Assembly: GCA_016929415.1 (NCBI GenBank)
Contig: JAFGIW010000099.1
Location: 953 to 64,952, forward strand
DNA from: Chitinispirillaceae bacterium
Lineage (GTDB): Bacteria > Fibrobacterota > Chitinivibrionia > Chitinivibrionales > Chitinispirillaceae
Direction of reading: 5' to 3'
DNA length: 64,000 nucleotides
The translations under genes were made by a program, and so were the position numbers. How positions within the stretch are numbered: position 1 is the stretch's first letter; the number at the start of each line of letters is the position of its first letter. The notes under the pieces are model-generated. The model worked only from the letters and a program-made list of their open reading frames with translations. It was not told the origin of the DNA and searched no databases. Of the stretch, positions 18,981 to 28,519 are shown piece by piece.

Positions 18981-19278
18981 ACGTATCCATATGTCCCAGT
19001 TTGACGAGCTCCATCATGTCGTCGGTCGCGCCGGCGAGGTGGAGCAATCCGCCGGCGGCCTTGATTTTTTTGATAATTTTAACAATGGTCGCAATCCCCG
19101 TTGAGGTGATATAGTGGGCTGCGGTAAGGTCGAGGACGAGGTTCATTAACCCTTTACTGATGATGTCGTCGACGAACGCGTCGATGTTCGCGTTCATGAA
19201 ATCGAACGGTCCCGTGATGATGATCGCAGGCATGCCGAGTACGTCACCGAATGTAAAATTGTCTGTGTCTTGTGTCAC
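18958..19278 (-). CDS. STAS-domain protein (anti-sigma-factor-antagonist-like)
   Basis: 106 aa. LDLTAAHYITSTGIATIVKIIKKIKAAGGLLHLAGATDDMMELVKL fits the SpoIIAA/STAS pattern. Overlaps the GT9 start by 23 nt. Confidence 0.6.
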   Translation of the reverse strand: MTQDTDNFTFGDVLGMPAIIITGPFDFMNANIDAFVDDIISKGLMNLVLDLTAAHYITSTGIATIVKIIKKIKAAGGLLHLAGATDDMMELVKLGHMDTYVSYIAP

Positions 19279-19341
19279 GTTGACGCTCCAATGTTGTTTA
19301 CTGTTCCTTATGACGCCGCTTTCCGCACCTATTCCCCTGCA

Positions 19342-20766
19342 TCAGGATGCCCCGGCCGGTGCGGTATCGGCGTGCGCTATCCCGGTTGCGGAAGGGCGTT
19401 CGATCCGCAACGGCTCATCGTTATTATAAATCAGCGACACAACCGTTATCAAGCCGGTGAAAAACCAGAATGGTTCGGCGATACGGATGATGATGAAGGT
19501 GTTTGCGGTGAGGGCGTGCATCATCACCCCCCAGAAGGCGGCCTGGAATCCGATGATCATTCCCCTGAGTGAATCGGGGATGGCGAGCGCTTTCGCTCTG
19601 AGAATGAGCCGGTACACCGAAGCGAGGAGCCAGATGAACACCCCCAGTCCGATGATGCCCGTTTCGCTGAGCAGCCGGAAGAACTGGCCGTCGATGAAGG
19701 CAAATCCGGTGATGCCGTAACCGAAAAAGAGGTGTTTGGGAACCTCCCTGAGAACGAGACCGTACGAGCGCAGGCGCGCGGAACTGGAGCCGTCGAGTTG
19801 TATGCCCAGCACCTTGACCTGCCGGCGGTGGGCTGCATACGATTCGGTAAAGGTGTACTCGAAACGCTCCCTTGCTTTTTCCGGAATGAGCAGCGGCGTA
19901 AGCGGCACCAGGAGCAGCAGGATGACGACGAACAATCTGAACCGCCGGGCAACGATGAAGAGCGCGGCGAATGAGACGAGCAGTCCCGACCAGCCGCTTC
20001 GCGAAAGTGAAAACAGCAGCGTTATGGTGATGGCGGTCAGCAGGATGACAAGATTGCGGCCGCCTTTCCCCCGGTCGCGGTAAAAGAGCATGCCGCCGGT
20101 GACGGATGCGATGAGCACGAGGTAGCCGCCGAGGGTGTTCCGTTCGCCGCGCGACCCCTCGAACGGAGCGGCGACATCGCCTCCCGTGGCGGCCTGGAAG
20201 AGCGCATAGGCGCAGACGATTGCGCAGACGGCAAGCAGCATGCGCATGAAGAGATAGATGTCCTCTTTCGTCTCGACGTAGTTAATCACCATGTAAAAGA
20301 GGAAAAAGTACTCGACGAGTTTGAGAACGAAAAACGCTCCCGACAGCAGGTTGACATCGCCCCGGTAGATGCCGAAAACGGTGGAGAGGGCCGCCAGCAG
20401 GCAGAAAGCGATGATCGGCCGGTTAAGCGGGTTTTTCCGCATGAATCCGATGTCCTTGAGCACCGCCATTCGCAGGAACCACGCTGCGGTAATCACCAGG
20501 AGCAGCAGATCGTCGAAGCGGATGGTGATTTCGCGCTTCGTCGTCGAGCCCACGCCGATTTCGGGGGAGAGCAGCATCGACATGACCAGGATGATGAGCG
20601 CGGTCTTGACGCTTAAAAAACAAACGACCAGCATGAGCACGCCGCCCAGCGCGGGCAGGATGTAGTTGTTTTTCCCCGCTACGGAGATCCAGGTGAGGAG
20701 AAGCGCCGCGACGATCGACCCGATGTAGGTCGCCGCCGTGGTGACCCGTTTATCGATGCGTATCAT
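19342..20766 (-). CDS. O-antigen ligase / Wzy-like polymerase family membrane protein
   Basis: 474 aa and at least 10 predicted TM segments. LFSLSRSGWSGLLVSFAALF plus a following extracytoplasmic loop is typical of Wzy_C-type proteins. ATGA overlap with the upstream Wzc-like gene (20763-20766). Confidence 0.7.
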   Translation of the reverse strand: MIRIDKRVTTAATYIGSIVAALLLTWISVAGKNNYILPALGGVLMLVVCFLSVKTALIILVMSMLLSPEIGVGSTTKREITIRFDDLLLLVITAAWFLRMAVLKDIGFMRKNPLNRPIIAFCLLAALSTVFGIYRGDVNLLSGAFFVLKLVEYFFLFYMVINYVETKEDIYLFMRMLLAVCAIVCAYALFQAATGGDVAAPFEGSRGERNTLGGYLVLIASVTGGMLFYRDRGKGGRNLVILLTAITITLLFSLSRSGWSGLLVSFAALFIVARRFRLFVVILLLLVPLTPLLIPEKARERFEYTFTESYAAHRRQVKVLGIQLDGSSSARLRSYGLVLREVPKHLFFGYGITGFAFIDGQFFRLLSETGIIGLGVFIWLLASVYRLILRAKALAIPDSLRGMIIGFQAAFWGVMMHALTANTFIIIRIAEPFWFFTGLITVVSLIYNNDEPLRIERPSATGIAHADTAPAGAS

Positions 20767-22976
20767 GTCGGTCCCGATTGCTGGCTGGCCGGTTTTTTGT
20801 GCCTCCCCTCCGCTTCCTTGTAGGCTTTGGCGGCGTATTTCGAATAGGAGGATCCGCCGGATTGCGGTTTGAGACCGTTCAGAACGACCCCTAGAATGTT
20901 CGCCTGCACCGCATCAAGCCGTTCTTTGCAGAGTAAAAAAGTCTTTTTGGGAACGGTGCCGACTTTATAGACAAGCACGACACTGTCGACGATTTTTGAA
21001 AGGACGATGGAATCGGCGACGGGAAGAACGGGGGGCGCATCGATGAAAATAATATCGAAATCCTCCTTGAGTGTTTTAAGCAACTGCTTCATTCGTGCCG
21101 AAGAGAGTAATTCGGTGGGATTGGTCGGTTTATGGCCGTGAGGAATGAAATAGAAGTTCTGCAGTCCCGGTGTGGAGAGAATGTCGCCTACCTGCATGGT
21201 GCCGAGTGCAAGATCGGTGACCGTCATGACGCAGCTCTCCCAGGTCACTTTTTCAATAAGAATGTCTGATATTCCCGCACCCCGGGAAATGCCGAAAATT
21301 TTTTCAAGAGACGGACGTCTGAGGTTGCATTCAAGCAGTAGGGTCTTCTTCCCCTGCTGGGCGAAGGCGATACTGAGGTTCGATATGGTGGTGCTTTTTC
21401 CTTCGCTCATTGTGGAAGAGGTGAAGAGGTAGGTCTGGTACTTGTTTTCCTGACAGTAAAAATCAATATTGGTCCGTAAAATCCTGAACGCTTCGGCGCT
21501 GAACTCCTTGGGGTTGAAATGGGTGACGAGCGAAGATTGCTTCGGTTCGTGATGCGATTCTTTTCTTAATGAGAATTTCTTTCGATCACGGGTGTGCTGT
21601 AGCTGCGGGATCACCGCAATGACCGGCAGTTTCATGGTCTGTTCGACGTCTTCGATCGTGCCGATGGAGGTATCGAGCAGTTCCTGGAGGATGACGATGA
21701 GAATGCCCACGATCAGGCCGATGAAGAGGCCGATGCCGATCGCCTTGAACAGGTCGTCGTTGACGGGGCGGCGGGGGATCTTTGCAAGTGCTATAATTTC
21801 CATGTCGTCGATGATGCCCGCTTCGGCGATGCTGGCCTCCTGGAGCCGCTTCGAAAACATGGTATAAATTTCCTCCTTGACCGTATGGCGCCGCTTGAGC
21901 CGCAGGTAGTCAATTTCGTTGCGCGGGATGTCGCGCAGCTCGTCGACGACCTGCCGCCGCTTTCCGGCGAGCGACTGCTTCCTCGCGCCGAGCGAAGCGG
22001 CTTTTTTGTCCAGTTCGCGGACAAGCCGCTGCACGGTTTCGTCGATGGAGGCATTAAGCGAGGTGATGACCGGATGGTCGGCCTTGTAGTACGCGAGCTG
22101 GTTGTCGCGTTCGATCTGTTGACTGATAAGACGATCGTTCAGCTGGGCGAGCCCCGGATCGTCGTCGATGAATTCGGACACCCAGGTGAAGTTCCTGCCT
22201 GCCGGTCCGGCCGATGAATCCGCCTGCCGGTCAGGGATTCGGGCGAGAAGCTGCCGGCGCTGCGCCGCGATGACGGCGAGGCGGTTATCGATCTCTTCGA
22301 TGTTCTCGTCAAGCCGGTCCGACCGGGAGATGATGCGGCTTGCATTCGCACCCATTGAGGGAAGGCGCTTGCTTTCCTCGAACTCGATCAACTCGGTTTC
22401 GACTTCAAAAAGTTCGTTCTGGATCCGTTCGAGCTGCTTCTGGATGAAACTTTTGGTTTTCAGGACCTGTATTTTTTTCCGTTCAAAGGAGAATTCCTTG
22501 AATGCATAGGCGACGGCATTCGCCAGGTCCCGCGCCTCGACCGGATTGCGGGCCGTGGCCGTGAGGGTGATCGTATTTGCCGATGCATTGGAGAGCGTCG
22601 TTATCCGGTCGGCAAGCGCCTGCACGATCGCCTGAATCGAATCGGTGGCGTTCCGTATGTCGTTACTGACCGTATCGGCGACCAGATCGAGCTTCTGTGC
22701 GGCCCGCAGCAGCACCGGATAGCCGGTGACGTCGTTGGCGACTTTTTCGATGTCGTCGAAGTAATCGTACGACATCAGGGCCGCCTCGTTGTCAAGCCCG
22801 CTCAGGACGTTTTTGCTGTCGTACTTGATGACGGTTGATGCACGGTAGTTCAGGGGCTGCAGCTTTACCAGAACGACGCTCATGGTCAGCGACGCGGCGA
22901 CCGTGGCGATGATGATGCGATACCCTTTACGGAATATACGCTCGAAATCGGTTATTTTAAAATCATACTGCGCCAT
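20763..22976 (-). CDS. Polysaccharide co-polymerase / BY-kinase (Wzc/GumC/EpsB-like tyrosine autokinase)
   Basis: Wzz-like N-terminal domain with 2 TM segments and a long coiled coil. C-terminal kinase has Walker A SSTMSEGKSTTISNLS, A' LLLECNLRRP and B DIIFIDAPPVLPVADS, plus a Tyr-containing tail SSYSKYAAKAYKE. Confidence 0.85.
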   Translation of the reverse strand: MAQYDFKITDFERIFRKGYRIIIATVAASLTMSVVLVKLQPLNYRASTVIKYDSKNVLSGLDNEAALMSYDYFDDIEKVANDVTGYPVLLRAAQKLDLVADTVSNDIRNATDSIQAIVQALADRITTLSNASANTITLTATARNPVEARDLANAVAYAFKEFSFERKKIQVLKTKSFIQKQLERIQNELFEVETELIEFEESKRLPSMGANASRIISRSDRLDENIEEIDNRLAVIAAQRRQLLARIPDRQADSSAGPAGRNFTWVSEFIDDDPGLAQLNDRLISQQIERDNQLAYYKADHPVITSLNASIDETVQRLVRELDKKAASLGARKQSLAGKRRQVVDELRDIPRNEIDYLRLKRRHTVKEEIYTMFSKRLQEASIAEAGIIDDMEIIALAKIPRRPVNDDLFKAIGIGLFIGLIVGILIVILQELLDTSIGTIEDVEQTMKLPVIAVIPQLQHTRDRKKFSLRKESHHEPKQSSLVTHFNPKEFSAEAFRILRTNIDFYCQENKYQTYLFTSSTMSEGKSTTISNLSIAFAQQGKKTLLLECNLRRPSLEKIFGISRGAGISDILIEKVTWESCVMTVTDLALGTMQVGDILSTPGLQNFYFIPHGHKPTNPTELLSSARMKQLLKTLKEDFDIIFIDAPPVLPVADSIVLSKIVDSVVLVYKVGTVPKKTFLLCKERLDAVQANILGVVLNGLKPQSGGSSYSKYAAKAYKEAEGRHKKPASQQSGPT

Positions 22977-23022
22977 GATCCGTCGTTTCCAATACGCCGG
23001 GAGCCGCTTCCGCGGGAGCCGG

Positions 23023-23844
23023 TCAGAAATTTTTCACGAAATAGTACCATGGTAACACGTCGGCAAGCGTTTTCAGCACCTCCGTGGCGCTGGAAAACAG
23101 GCGTGTCGGAATGAACACGATATCCTGATCCTGCATAGGCAGGTTGTTTTCGATATACCCCCGTTTCAGCAGGTCGTTCAGGTCGATCGACATGACGCCG
23201 ACACTGTCGCCGTAGAGACGCACCAGTTTTACCGAGGCCTTGTACGCCCGCTGGGTGGGGCCTCCGGCGAACGAGAGGATGTCGAGCAGCCGTTCACCGC
23301 CGCTTAAGGGAAAGGTGCCGGGCTTCACCGCTTCACCGAAAACGAACACCTTCGGCTCATAGGCTTTTTTCACGATGGTTAATTCACATAAGGGAGAGAC
23401 GATGTAATTCCCCATTTTTTGTTCGATGAGCGTCCGGGCCTGTGAAAGGGTCGTTCCGGCAATGGTCAGCCTGCCGAGCGGATAGAGTACGATGGTGCCG
23501 TCATCGTCGATCCGTTTGATTTCGATCCGTTTTTCCTGGCTGACCGGCAGTTTCTCCAAAAGCGTGATCTCCAGTTGATCACCCGGCATGATGATCTCGG
23601 CCCGTTTTTTCACCGGAATACCGATGAGCTGCTGCTCTTCTCCCTGCAGTTTGGCAAGATCGACGAACCGTCTCTTTTCAACGATATCAGGGGCGGGCTT
23701 GCTTTTGTCGTTGCGCTTCGCAGGGGGAGATTGATCGGTTGATGCTGTCTGCGGCGAGGCAGCCGATCGCGCAGGCATACAGTGCAGCATGCCGATCAGA
23801 CATAATGCGGAAAGCATGCTCAGCGTTTTTGACCAATGACGCAT
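23023..23844 (-). CDS. Polysaccharide export protein (Wza-like: Poly_export + SLBB)
   Basis: Signal peptide MRHWSKTLSMLSALCLIGML, MPGDQLEITLLEKLP, and the SLBB-like GEAVKPGTFPLSGGERLLDILSFAGGPT. Preferred start is ATG 23844 (track start 23901). Confidence 0.75.
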   Translation of the reverse strand: MRHWSKTLSMLSALCLIGMLHCMPARSAASPQTASTDQSPPAKRNDKSKPAPDIVEKRRFVDLAKLQGEEQQLIGIPVKKRAEIIMPGDQLEITLLEKLPVSQEKRIEIKRIDDDGTIVLYPLGRLTIAGTTLSQARTLIEQKMGNYIVSPLCELTIVKKAYEPKVFVFGEAVKPGTFPLSGGERLLDILSFAGGPTQRAYKASVKLVRLYGDSVGVMSIDLNDLLKRGYIENNLPMQDQDIVFIPTRLFSSATEVLKTLADVLPWYYFVKNF

Positions 23845-24068
23845 AACAGTGACCGTCTCACTTTGAGAGTAACCATCAATGCCGATACATCTGCCGCTCA
23901 CCCCCGCCGCACCCTTGCCGTGGGTTGCGGGCGGGCCGGTTGATTCTTCTTCCTATTATATAACTGCAGGTGGGGGAATTGTATAAGAAAATCGGTTCGA
24001 AAATAAGAGTCTTTTGGGATATAATAGATGCGGGCGCGATATTTTTATCTTGGGGAGATGTAGTGTGT

Positions 24069-26252
24069 ATGCCATCGAGTGAATTTCATCCCTCCGATTA
24101 CCGGATTATCATTGTCCGGCAATTTCGGTTTATTTTCATGGTTACGGCAATAGTGACGGTCGCCGGCTTTTTTGTGGGGCGCAGCCTGCCGCGAAAGTAT
24201 TTGGCAACCGCGGTAGTTCAGCTCGACTTCGATCGTTATTTCGAGGGCGCGCACATCGATCCGTCATTGATGAGCGGTACGCAGGAGAATCTCTCCGCCA
24301 TGATGGTCGATATGACCGGCCAGGAGGTGTTGCTGCGTGCGGCACGGAGGATGGGACGGGTCGTCGATACAACGGTAACGTCAGATGTCGGCCGGGAGAT
24401 GCTTGAAACCGTCGAGGCGTACCGGGAAAAAATCAGACTGCATCCGCTTGTTGATTCGAAACGGATCGAAATAACGGTCGTTTCCAATAATCAATCCGAA
24501 GCGGCCGCACTCGCCAATGCCGTAGGTGAAGCCTATCAGACCTGTTCGTACGAAAGGAAAAAGGAGCGGTTCGACCGCCGTGAGCGGAAGATGCGCGAAA
24601 CGCTGGAGAAATGCACCGATGAATTATCAGCCATAGCGCAGCGGATGATCGATGTGCGAAAACCGCGGCACGGCCTTATTGATATAAAGTACCGGAATAA
24701 ACGGCAGGAGCAGACGGCAATGCTCGAGCGCCGGCTGCAGGAGACGGAGTATTTACTTGAGACAATTTTCGCGCTGCGCGGGGAGTTGCATGACCTTCGC
24801 GGACGGCTGGAACAATCGAAGCAACAGCCATCCGGCGGTCCGGATGATTCGATCGGGTGGTTATCCGATTTCGACCGGATGAGCGAACTTCTGTGCCGTG
24901 ATCCGGGTCTGGAATCATTGAACCGGCGGCGTATCGAGCTTCGCAACGAGCGGGCGGAGTATCTGAGGTATTACCGGCCTTCGCATCCGAAAATAGCGGA
25001 TATCAACGATAAACTGGTGCGGACCATTGATGAAATCCATCGGGCGCTCGATCGGAACGAGGCATCGTTGCAGCTGAAGCGCCGGGAGGCCGCCGCCCGT
25101 CAGGACCTGATCGCGGACGAACTCGGCGCTCAGCCTACCGATGAAAACACGCTTTACCGGCTGCAGGTCAGGTATGCTTCGCAGGAGGAGTGGTGTGAAT
25201 CGATGGAGGCAGACCTGACGGACTTGCAGGCTGCGGCGGCGGGACTTGTCCCCTTTGTCTACACCGCCGTCAAAGCGGAGCGTCCGCGGTCTCCCCGGGG
25301 TTTCGGCATGGGGAAAATGATCGCATTGAGCCTTGCGATCGGGCTGGCGCTGGGGGTATTCCTGTCGATCGTGCGTGAAATGGCCGATACATCGCTTAGT
25401 ACGATTGAAGATGTCCGGCGGGTGCTCCCCGGCTGTGTGATACTGGCCGTCCTGCCGCGGATCACCGCAATAAAGGAGGGTGTGCAGCCGGCCGGTCAAT
25501 CGAGTGCGGTGTTTGAAAAACATTTCAGGAAGCTTCTGCCGGTGCTCTTCGATCCGGCGGCGCCGGCCGCCGACAGCTTCCGTCTCCTCGGCGCGCAGCT
25601 CAGCCCGGCGAAGGTAAACCGTGAACTGAAGACCATGCTGGTCGCCTCCTCGATCAATCAGGAGGGAAAAACCATTGTTGCCGCCAACCTTGCGCTGGCG
25701 CTGGCGCTTCAGGGAAAGCAGGTGGCGCTTGTCGAGGCCGATTTCAGGCGGCCCTCGATGGCGTCGCTCTTCGGTCTTCCGGCTTTGCCGGGGCTTATGC
25801 AGATACTGATCGAGGAAAAAAAAGTGCATGAATGCAGCTTGACCGTCGGTGATCTGGTGACGGGAGCGTTCCCCATGGAGGATGTTGTCAAGGCACACGG
25901 CATCGATAATTTCACGCTTATTCCATTCGGGTCGTTTCCGCCCAACCCGGTGGAACTCATCGCCTCGCCCGCCATGCATCGCCTCCTGCGTGAGCTTGCC
26001 GGCGATTACGACGCTGTCATCCTCGATTCTCCGCCGGTAATGCCGGTAGCCGATCCGGTGCTGCTGGCGCGTCGGAGCGACGGCGTGATTATGGTGTACC
26101 GGTCCGACAGAGCGCCGCGTGACGTGCTTAAAACCGCCCTCCGGCGTCTGGAGGACGCCGGCGCTTCCCTGCTGGGCCTGGTGCTGAACGGGTGGCGGGT
26201 ATCCGCCGCGGACGCCGATAGCGGCGCCGGTGCGCCGGGCGCCCCGGTATAG
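24069..26252 (+). CDS. Second Wzc-like co-polymerase / P-loop protein lacking a C-terminal tyrosine cluster
   Basis: Same architecture as 20763..22976: Walker A SSINQEGKTIVAANLA, A' ALVEADFRRP, B DAVILDSPPVMPVADP. The tail NGWRVSAADADSGAGAPGAPV has no Tyr. Preferred start is ATG 24069 (MPSSEF) with GGGGAG upstream. Confidence 0.8.
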   Translation: MPSSEFHPSDYRIIIVRQFRFIFMVTAIVTVAGFFVGRSLPRKYLATAVVQLDFDRYFEGAHIDPSLMSGTQENLSAMMVDMTGQEVLLRAARRMGRVVDTTVTSDVGREMLETVEAYREKIRLHPLVDSKRIEITVVSNNQSEAAALANAVGEAYQTCSYERKKERFDRRERKMRETLEKCTDELSAIAQRMIDVRKPRHGLIDIKYRNKRQEQTAMLERRLQETEYLLETIFALRGELHDLRGRLEQSKQQPSGGPDDSIGWLSDFDRMSELLCRDPGLESLNRRRIELRNERAEYLRYYRPSHPKIADINDKLVRTIDEIHRALDRNEASLQLKRREAAARQDLIADELGAQPTDENTLYRLQVRYASQEEWCESMEADLTDLQAAAAGLVPFVYTAVKAERPRSPRGFGMGKMIALSLAIGLALGVFLSIVREMADTSLSTIEDVRRVLPGCVILAVLPRITAIKEGVQPAGQSSAVFEKHFRKLLPVLFDPAAPAADSFRLLGAQLSPAKVNRELKTMLVASSINQEGKTIVAANLALALALQGKQVALVEADFRRPSMASLFGLPALPGLMQILIEEKKVHECSLTVGDLVTGAFPMEDVVKAHGIDNFTLIPFGSFPPNPVELIASPAMHRLLRELAGDYDAVILDSPPVMPVADPVLLARRSDGVIMVYRSDRAPRDVLKTALRRLEDAGASLLGLVLNGWRVSAADADSGAGAPGAPV

Positions 26253-26265
26253 ACGGCCGGCGCCG

Positions 26266-27321
26266 TCACTTCGGCCGGCCGTAGTGGCTGTTGTAAACCA
26301 GTCCGTCAATGAAGACGGTCGGCTTCTGGGAGAGGTCGATTATTTCCCCGGTCAATTCCGGTTCGTCGGGCAGCGGGTCGCCGCCGTCGGCGATGACGGC
26401 GACGATCGGCGAGAGCGGGCAGCCTTCGACTATATCGATGACGCGGCCGATGCGGTTGTTGTTGAGCCGGACGAGGCTGGTGATCGGATAGAGCGTTATC
26501 GATTCGATGATGGCCCGGATGAATTTCCGGTCGTAGCTCCGCTTGCACTCCTCAACGAACATGCGCATGGCGTCGGCCGGGTGGAAAGCTTTACGGAACG
26601 GACGATCGTGGCAAAGCGCCTCAAAGGTGTTGCACCCGTTCACGATTTCGGCGTACGTGTGCCATTTTATCGATTCGGAAACCTCGGGATCGGCTTCGTC
26701 GGTGGTTCCGCCGCGACGGTGTTTCAGGCGGTTGTCCTCCTCGCCGATGACCTTGAGCAGGAAGGGCAGGTCCTTTTCGAGGTTTTTGAAAAAACGGAAA
26801 GTTTCTTCGAAATGGTGGTCGATTTCGGCACGTTGACTTTCAGAAAGTTCGCCGGCATGCTCAAACGAATCCTGGTTGATGAATTTCATGCCGATATCGT
26901 GCAGCAGGGCGACGACGCATACATGGAGCAACTCTTTGTACGGCAGGCCCAGCCCGATAGCGGCCTGGCAGCTCAGGAAAGCGACATTGAGCGTATGAAA
27001 CAGGAAGTAGTCGCCCAGATAGGTCGGCCGCATGACTTCGGCGAGGATGTCCTTGCTGTTGACCAGACTGAAAAGGATCATCTCCGCCAGAGAGAAAATA
27101 CGGGAAAAAGGGAGATCGCGTATGGTTTTCGGCGCTGCGTTAAGATCGGTATACAGTATACGGTCGAGATCGCCGAGCAGCGAGGAATACCGCGTTTTCG
27201 CCGGGGCGGATTTAAAGATACTCGCGTCGGGATTCTGATAATAGAGTGAGTCAAGGACGACGAATATCGGATCCGACCTTAGGGAATTGAGATAATTCGA
27301 AAATATTTTTGTTTTTTTCAT
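26266..27321 (-). CDS. HD-domain metal-dependent phosphohydrolase (degenerate HD-GYP-like)
   Basis: VVALLHDIGMKF and EIDHHFEETFRFF give an HD plus HHxE arrangement, but no GYP motif is present. The opposite-strand ORF 26230..27249 has no recognisable motifs. Confidence 0.6.
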   Translation of the reverse strand: MKKTKIFSNYLNSLRSDPIFVVLDSLYYQNPDASIFKSAPAKTRYSSLLGDLDRILYTDLNAAPKTIRDLPFSRIFSLAEMILFSLVNSKDILAEVMRPTYLGDYFLFHTLNVAFLSCQAAIGLGLPYKELLHVCVVALLHDIGMKFINQDSFEHAGELSESQRAEIDHHFEETFRFFKNLEKDLPFLLKVIGEEDNRLKHRRGGTTDEADPEVSESIKWHTYAEIVNGCNTFEALCHDRPFRKAFHPADAMRMFVEECKRSYDRKFIRAIIESITLYPITSLVRLNNNRIGRVIDIVEGCPLSPIVAVIADGGDPLPDEPELTGEIIDLSQKPTVFIDGLVYNSHYGRPK

Positions 27322-28507
27322 AGTCGATTCTTTTTTTGTTGAAGGGCACGAGATTGTTGATGAATTTTATATAGGTTGTATCGGTCGTCCTGAAGAGAAT
27401 GATCCCGAGGGTGATGAGCAGGAGACCGGATTGCAGCAGGGCGATCAGCGACACGACCCAGGTCGACCGCACGATTATCAGGGAGGTGAGGCCGAACCCC
27501 AGGGCGATGCAATAGTAAAGATAGACGGCTTTCCGCTTCCCCAGCCCGATCATGCCGAGGCGGTGGTGAACGTGGTCCCTGCCGGTATAGGCAAGCCAGG
27601 TTTTGATCGAGGTGACCTCTCCTTTGGCGACGCGGACGACCGTCGTGAGGAACATATCGAAAATAAGCATGCTCATGATGATCACCGGCACGCAGAGATC
27701 AACGATGGTCGTCCCCCATTCACCGATGATTGCCGAAGCCGCGAGGGTAAAACCGATGAACGTACTTCCCGCATCCCCCAGAAAAATCCGTGCGGGCCTG
27801 TCGCGGCGGAAATTGTAGGGAAGAAATCCGAGGCTTGCACCGGCAAGCGCCAGAGCGAGATACAAGAAATAGTACTGCTGCGTCGAGAAGGAGATGAGCG
27901 CGAAGAAGGTCGAAAAAATAACGCTCATGCCGCCGGCCAGTCCGTCCATGCCGTCGATGAAATTCATGGCATTGGTAATGCCGATAACCCAGAGCAGGGT
28001 AATGACGGTTTCCGTCACGATGCCGCCGAGCCATAGGGGGATGAAGGTTATGCGGATTCCCATTGCGATGAGGAACAGCGTCGTACAGAGCTGAACCACA
28101 ATACGGGTGATTGAAGAGAGGCCTCTGCAATCGTCAATGACTCCGGTAATGAAAATGACCGAGGCGGCGGCAAGTACGGTTTTCATTTCCTGCGAAAAGT
28201 GGCCGCAGAGGACCATGGCCGCGATAAATCCGAGGTAAACGGCCATGCCTCCGGTCCGGGGCGTCGCGTGTGCGTGCACCTTCCGCCCGTTGTCCGGCCG
28301 ATCGACCAGGCCCGTTTTATGGCCGAGGATAATCATAAACGGCATTAACAAGTATGAAATCAGAAAAGCCGCCACGAAAAGCGAGGCTGAAAAGAGCAGT
28401 ATGCGTGTTTCGGGCGGCTCCTGAATCCGGAGCAGCAGAATGAGTATCGCAGCGAAGAGCCAGGGCAATTTCTTCACAACACGGTTGACGGTGAGCGGTT
28501 GTTCCAT
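27251..28507 (-). CDS. Polyprenyl-phosphate sugar-1-phosphate transferase (WecA/MraY family)
   Basis: Polytopic membrane protein with GVIDDCRGL, NAMNFIDGMDGLAGG and FLGDAGSTFIGF motifs. Confidence 0.85.
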   Translation of the reverse strand: MEQPLTVNRVVKKLPWLFAAILILLLRIQEPPETRILLFSASLFVAAFLISYLLMPFMIILGHKTGLVDRPDNGRKVHAHATPRTGGMAVYLGFIAAMVLCGHFSQEMKTVLAAASVIFITGVIDDCRGLSSITRIVVQLCTTLFLIAMGIRITFIPLWLGGIVTETVITLLWVIGITNAMNFIDGMDGLAGGMSVIFSTFFALISFSTQQYYFLYLALALAGASLGFLPYNFRRDRPARIFLGDAGSTFIGFTLAASAIIGEWGTTIVDLCVPVIIMSMLIFDMFLTTVVRVAKGEVTSIKTWLAYTGRDHVHHRLGMIGLGKRKAVYLYYCIALGFGLTSLIIVRSTWVVSLIALLQSGLLLITLGIILFRTTDTTYIKFINNLVPFNKKRIDYEKNKNIFELSQFPKVGSDIRRP

Positions 28508-28519
28508 GGAGGGCCCCGT

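Noticed and set aside
24915-26309. Long antisense ORFs: 24915..26309(-), 26230..27249(+), 36294..37253(-), 39414..40541(-), 4215..4946(-), 5118..5879(-), 16324..16905(-), 17115..17759(-), 40867..41634(-), 43471..44064(-), 57092..57997(-), 62570..63262(+), 63195..63887(+)
   Set aside because: Each lies opposite an ORF with clear family motifs (Wzc, HD, PBP, HK, UvrD, DUF1846, HDOD, FapA, beta-helix, TPR-SLH, LPP20). Their translations are Arg/Gly/Pro-rich with no recognisable motifs. These are typical shadow ORFs of GC-rich DNA.
27251-27321. 71-nt overlap between the WecA-like and HD-domain genes, considered as a sign of frameshift or misassembly
   Set aside because: Both frames are continuous and motif-bearing on either side. 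The overlap is explained by a non-conserved C-terminal tail on the WecA-like ORF or by a slightly later HD start. There is no evidence for a lesion.
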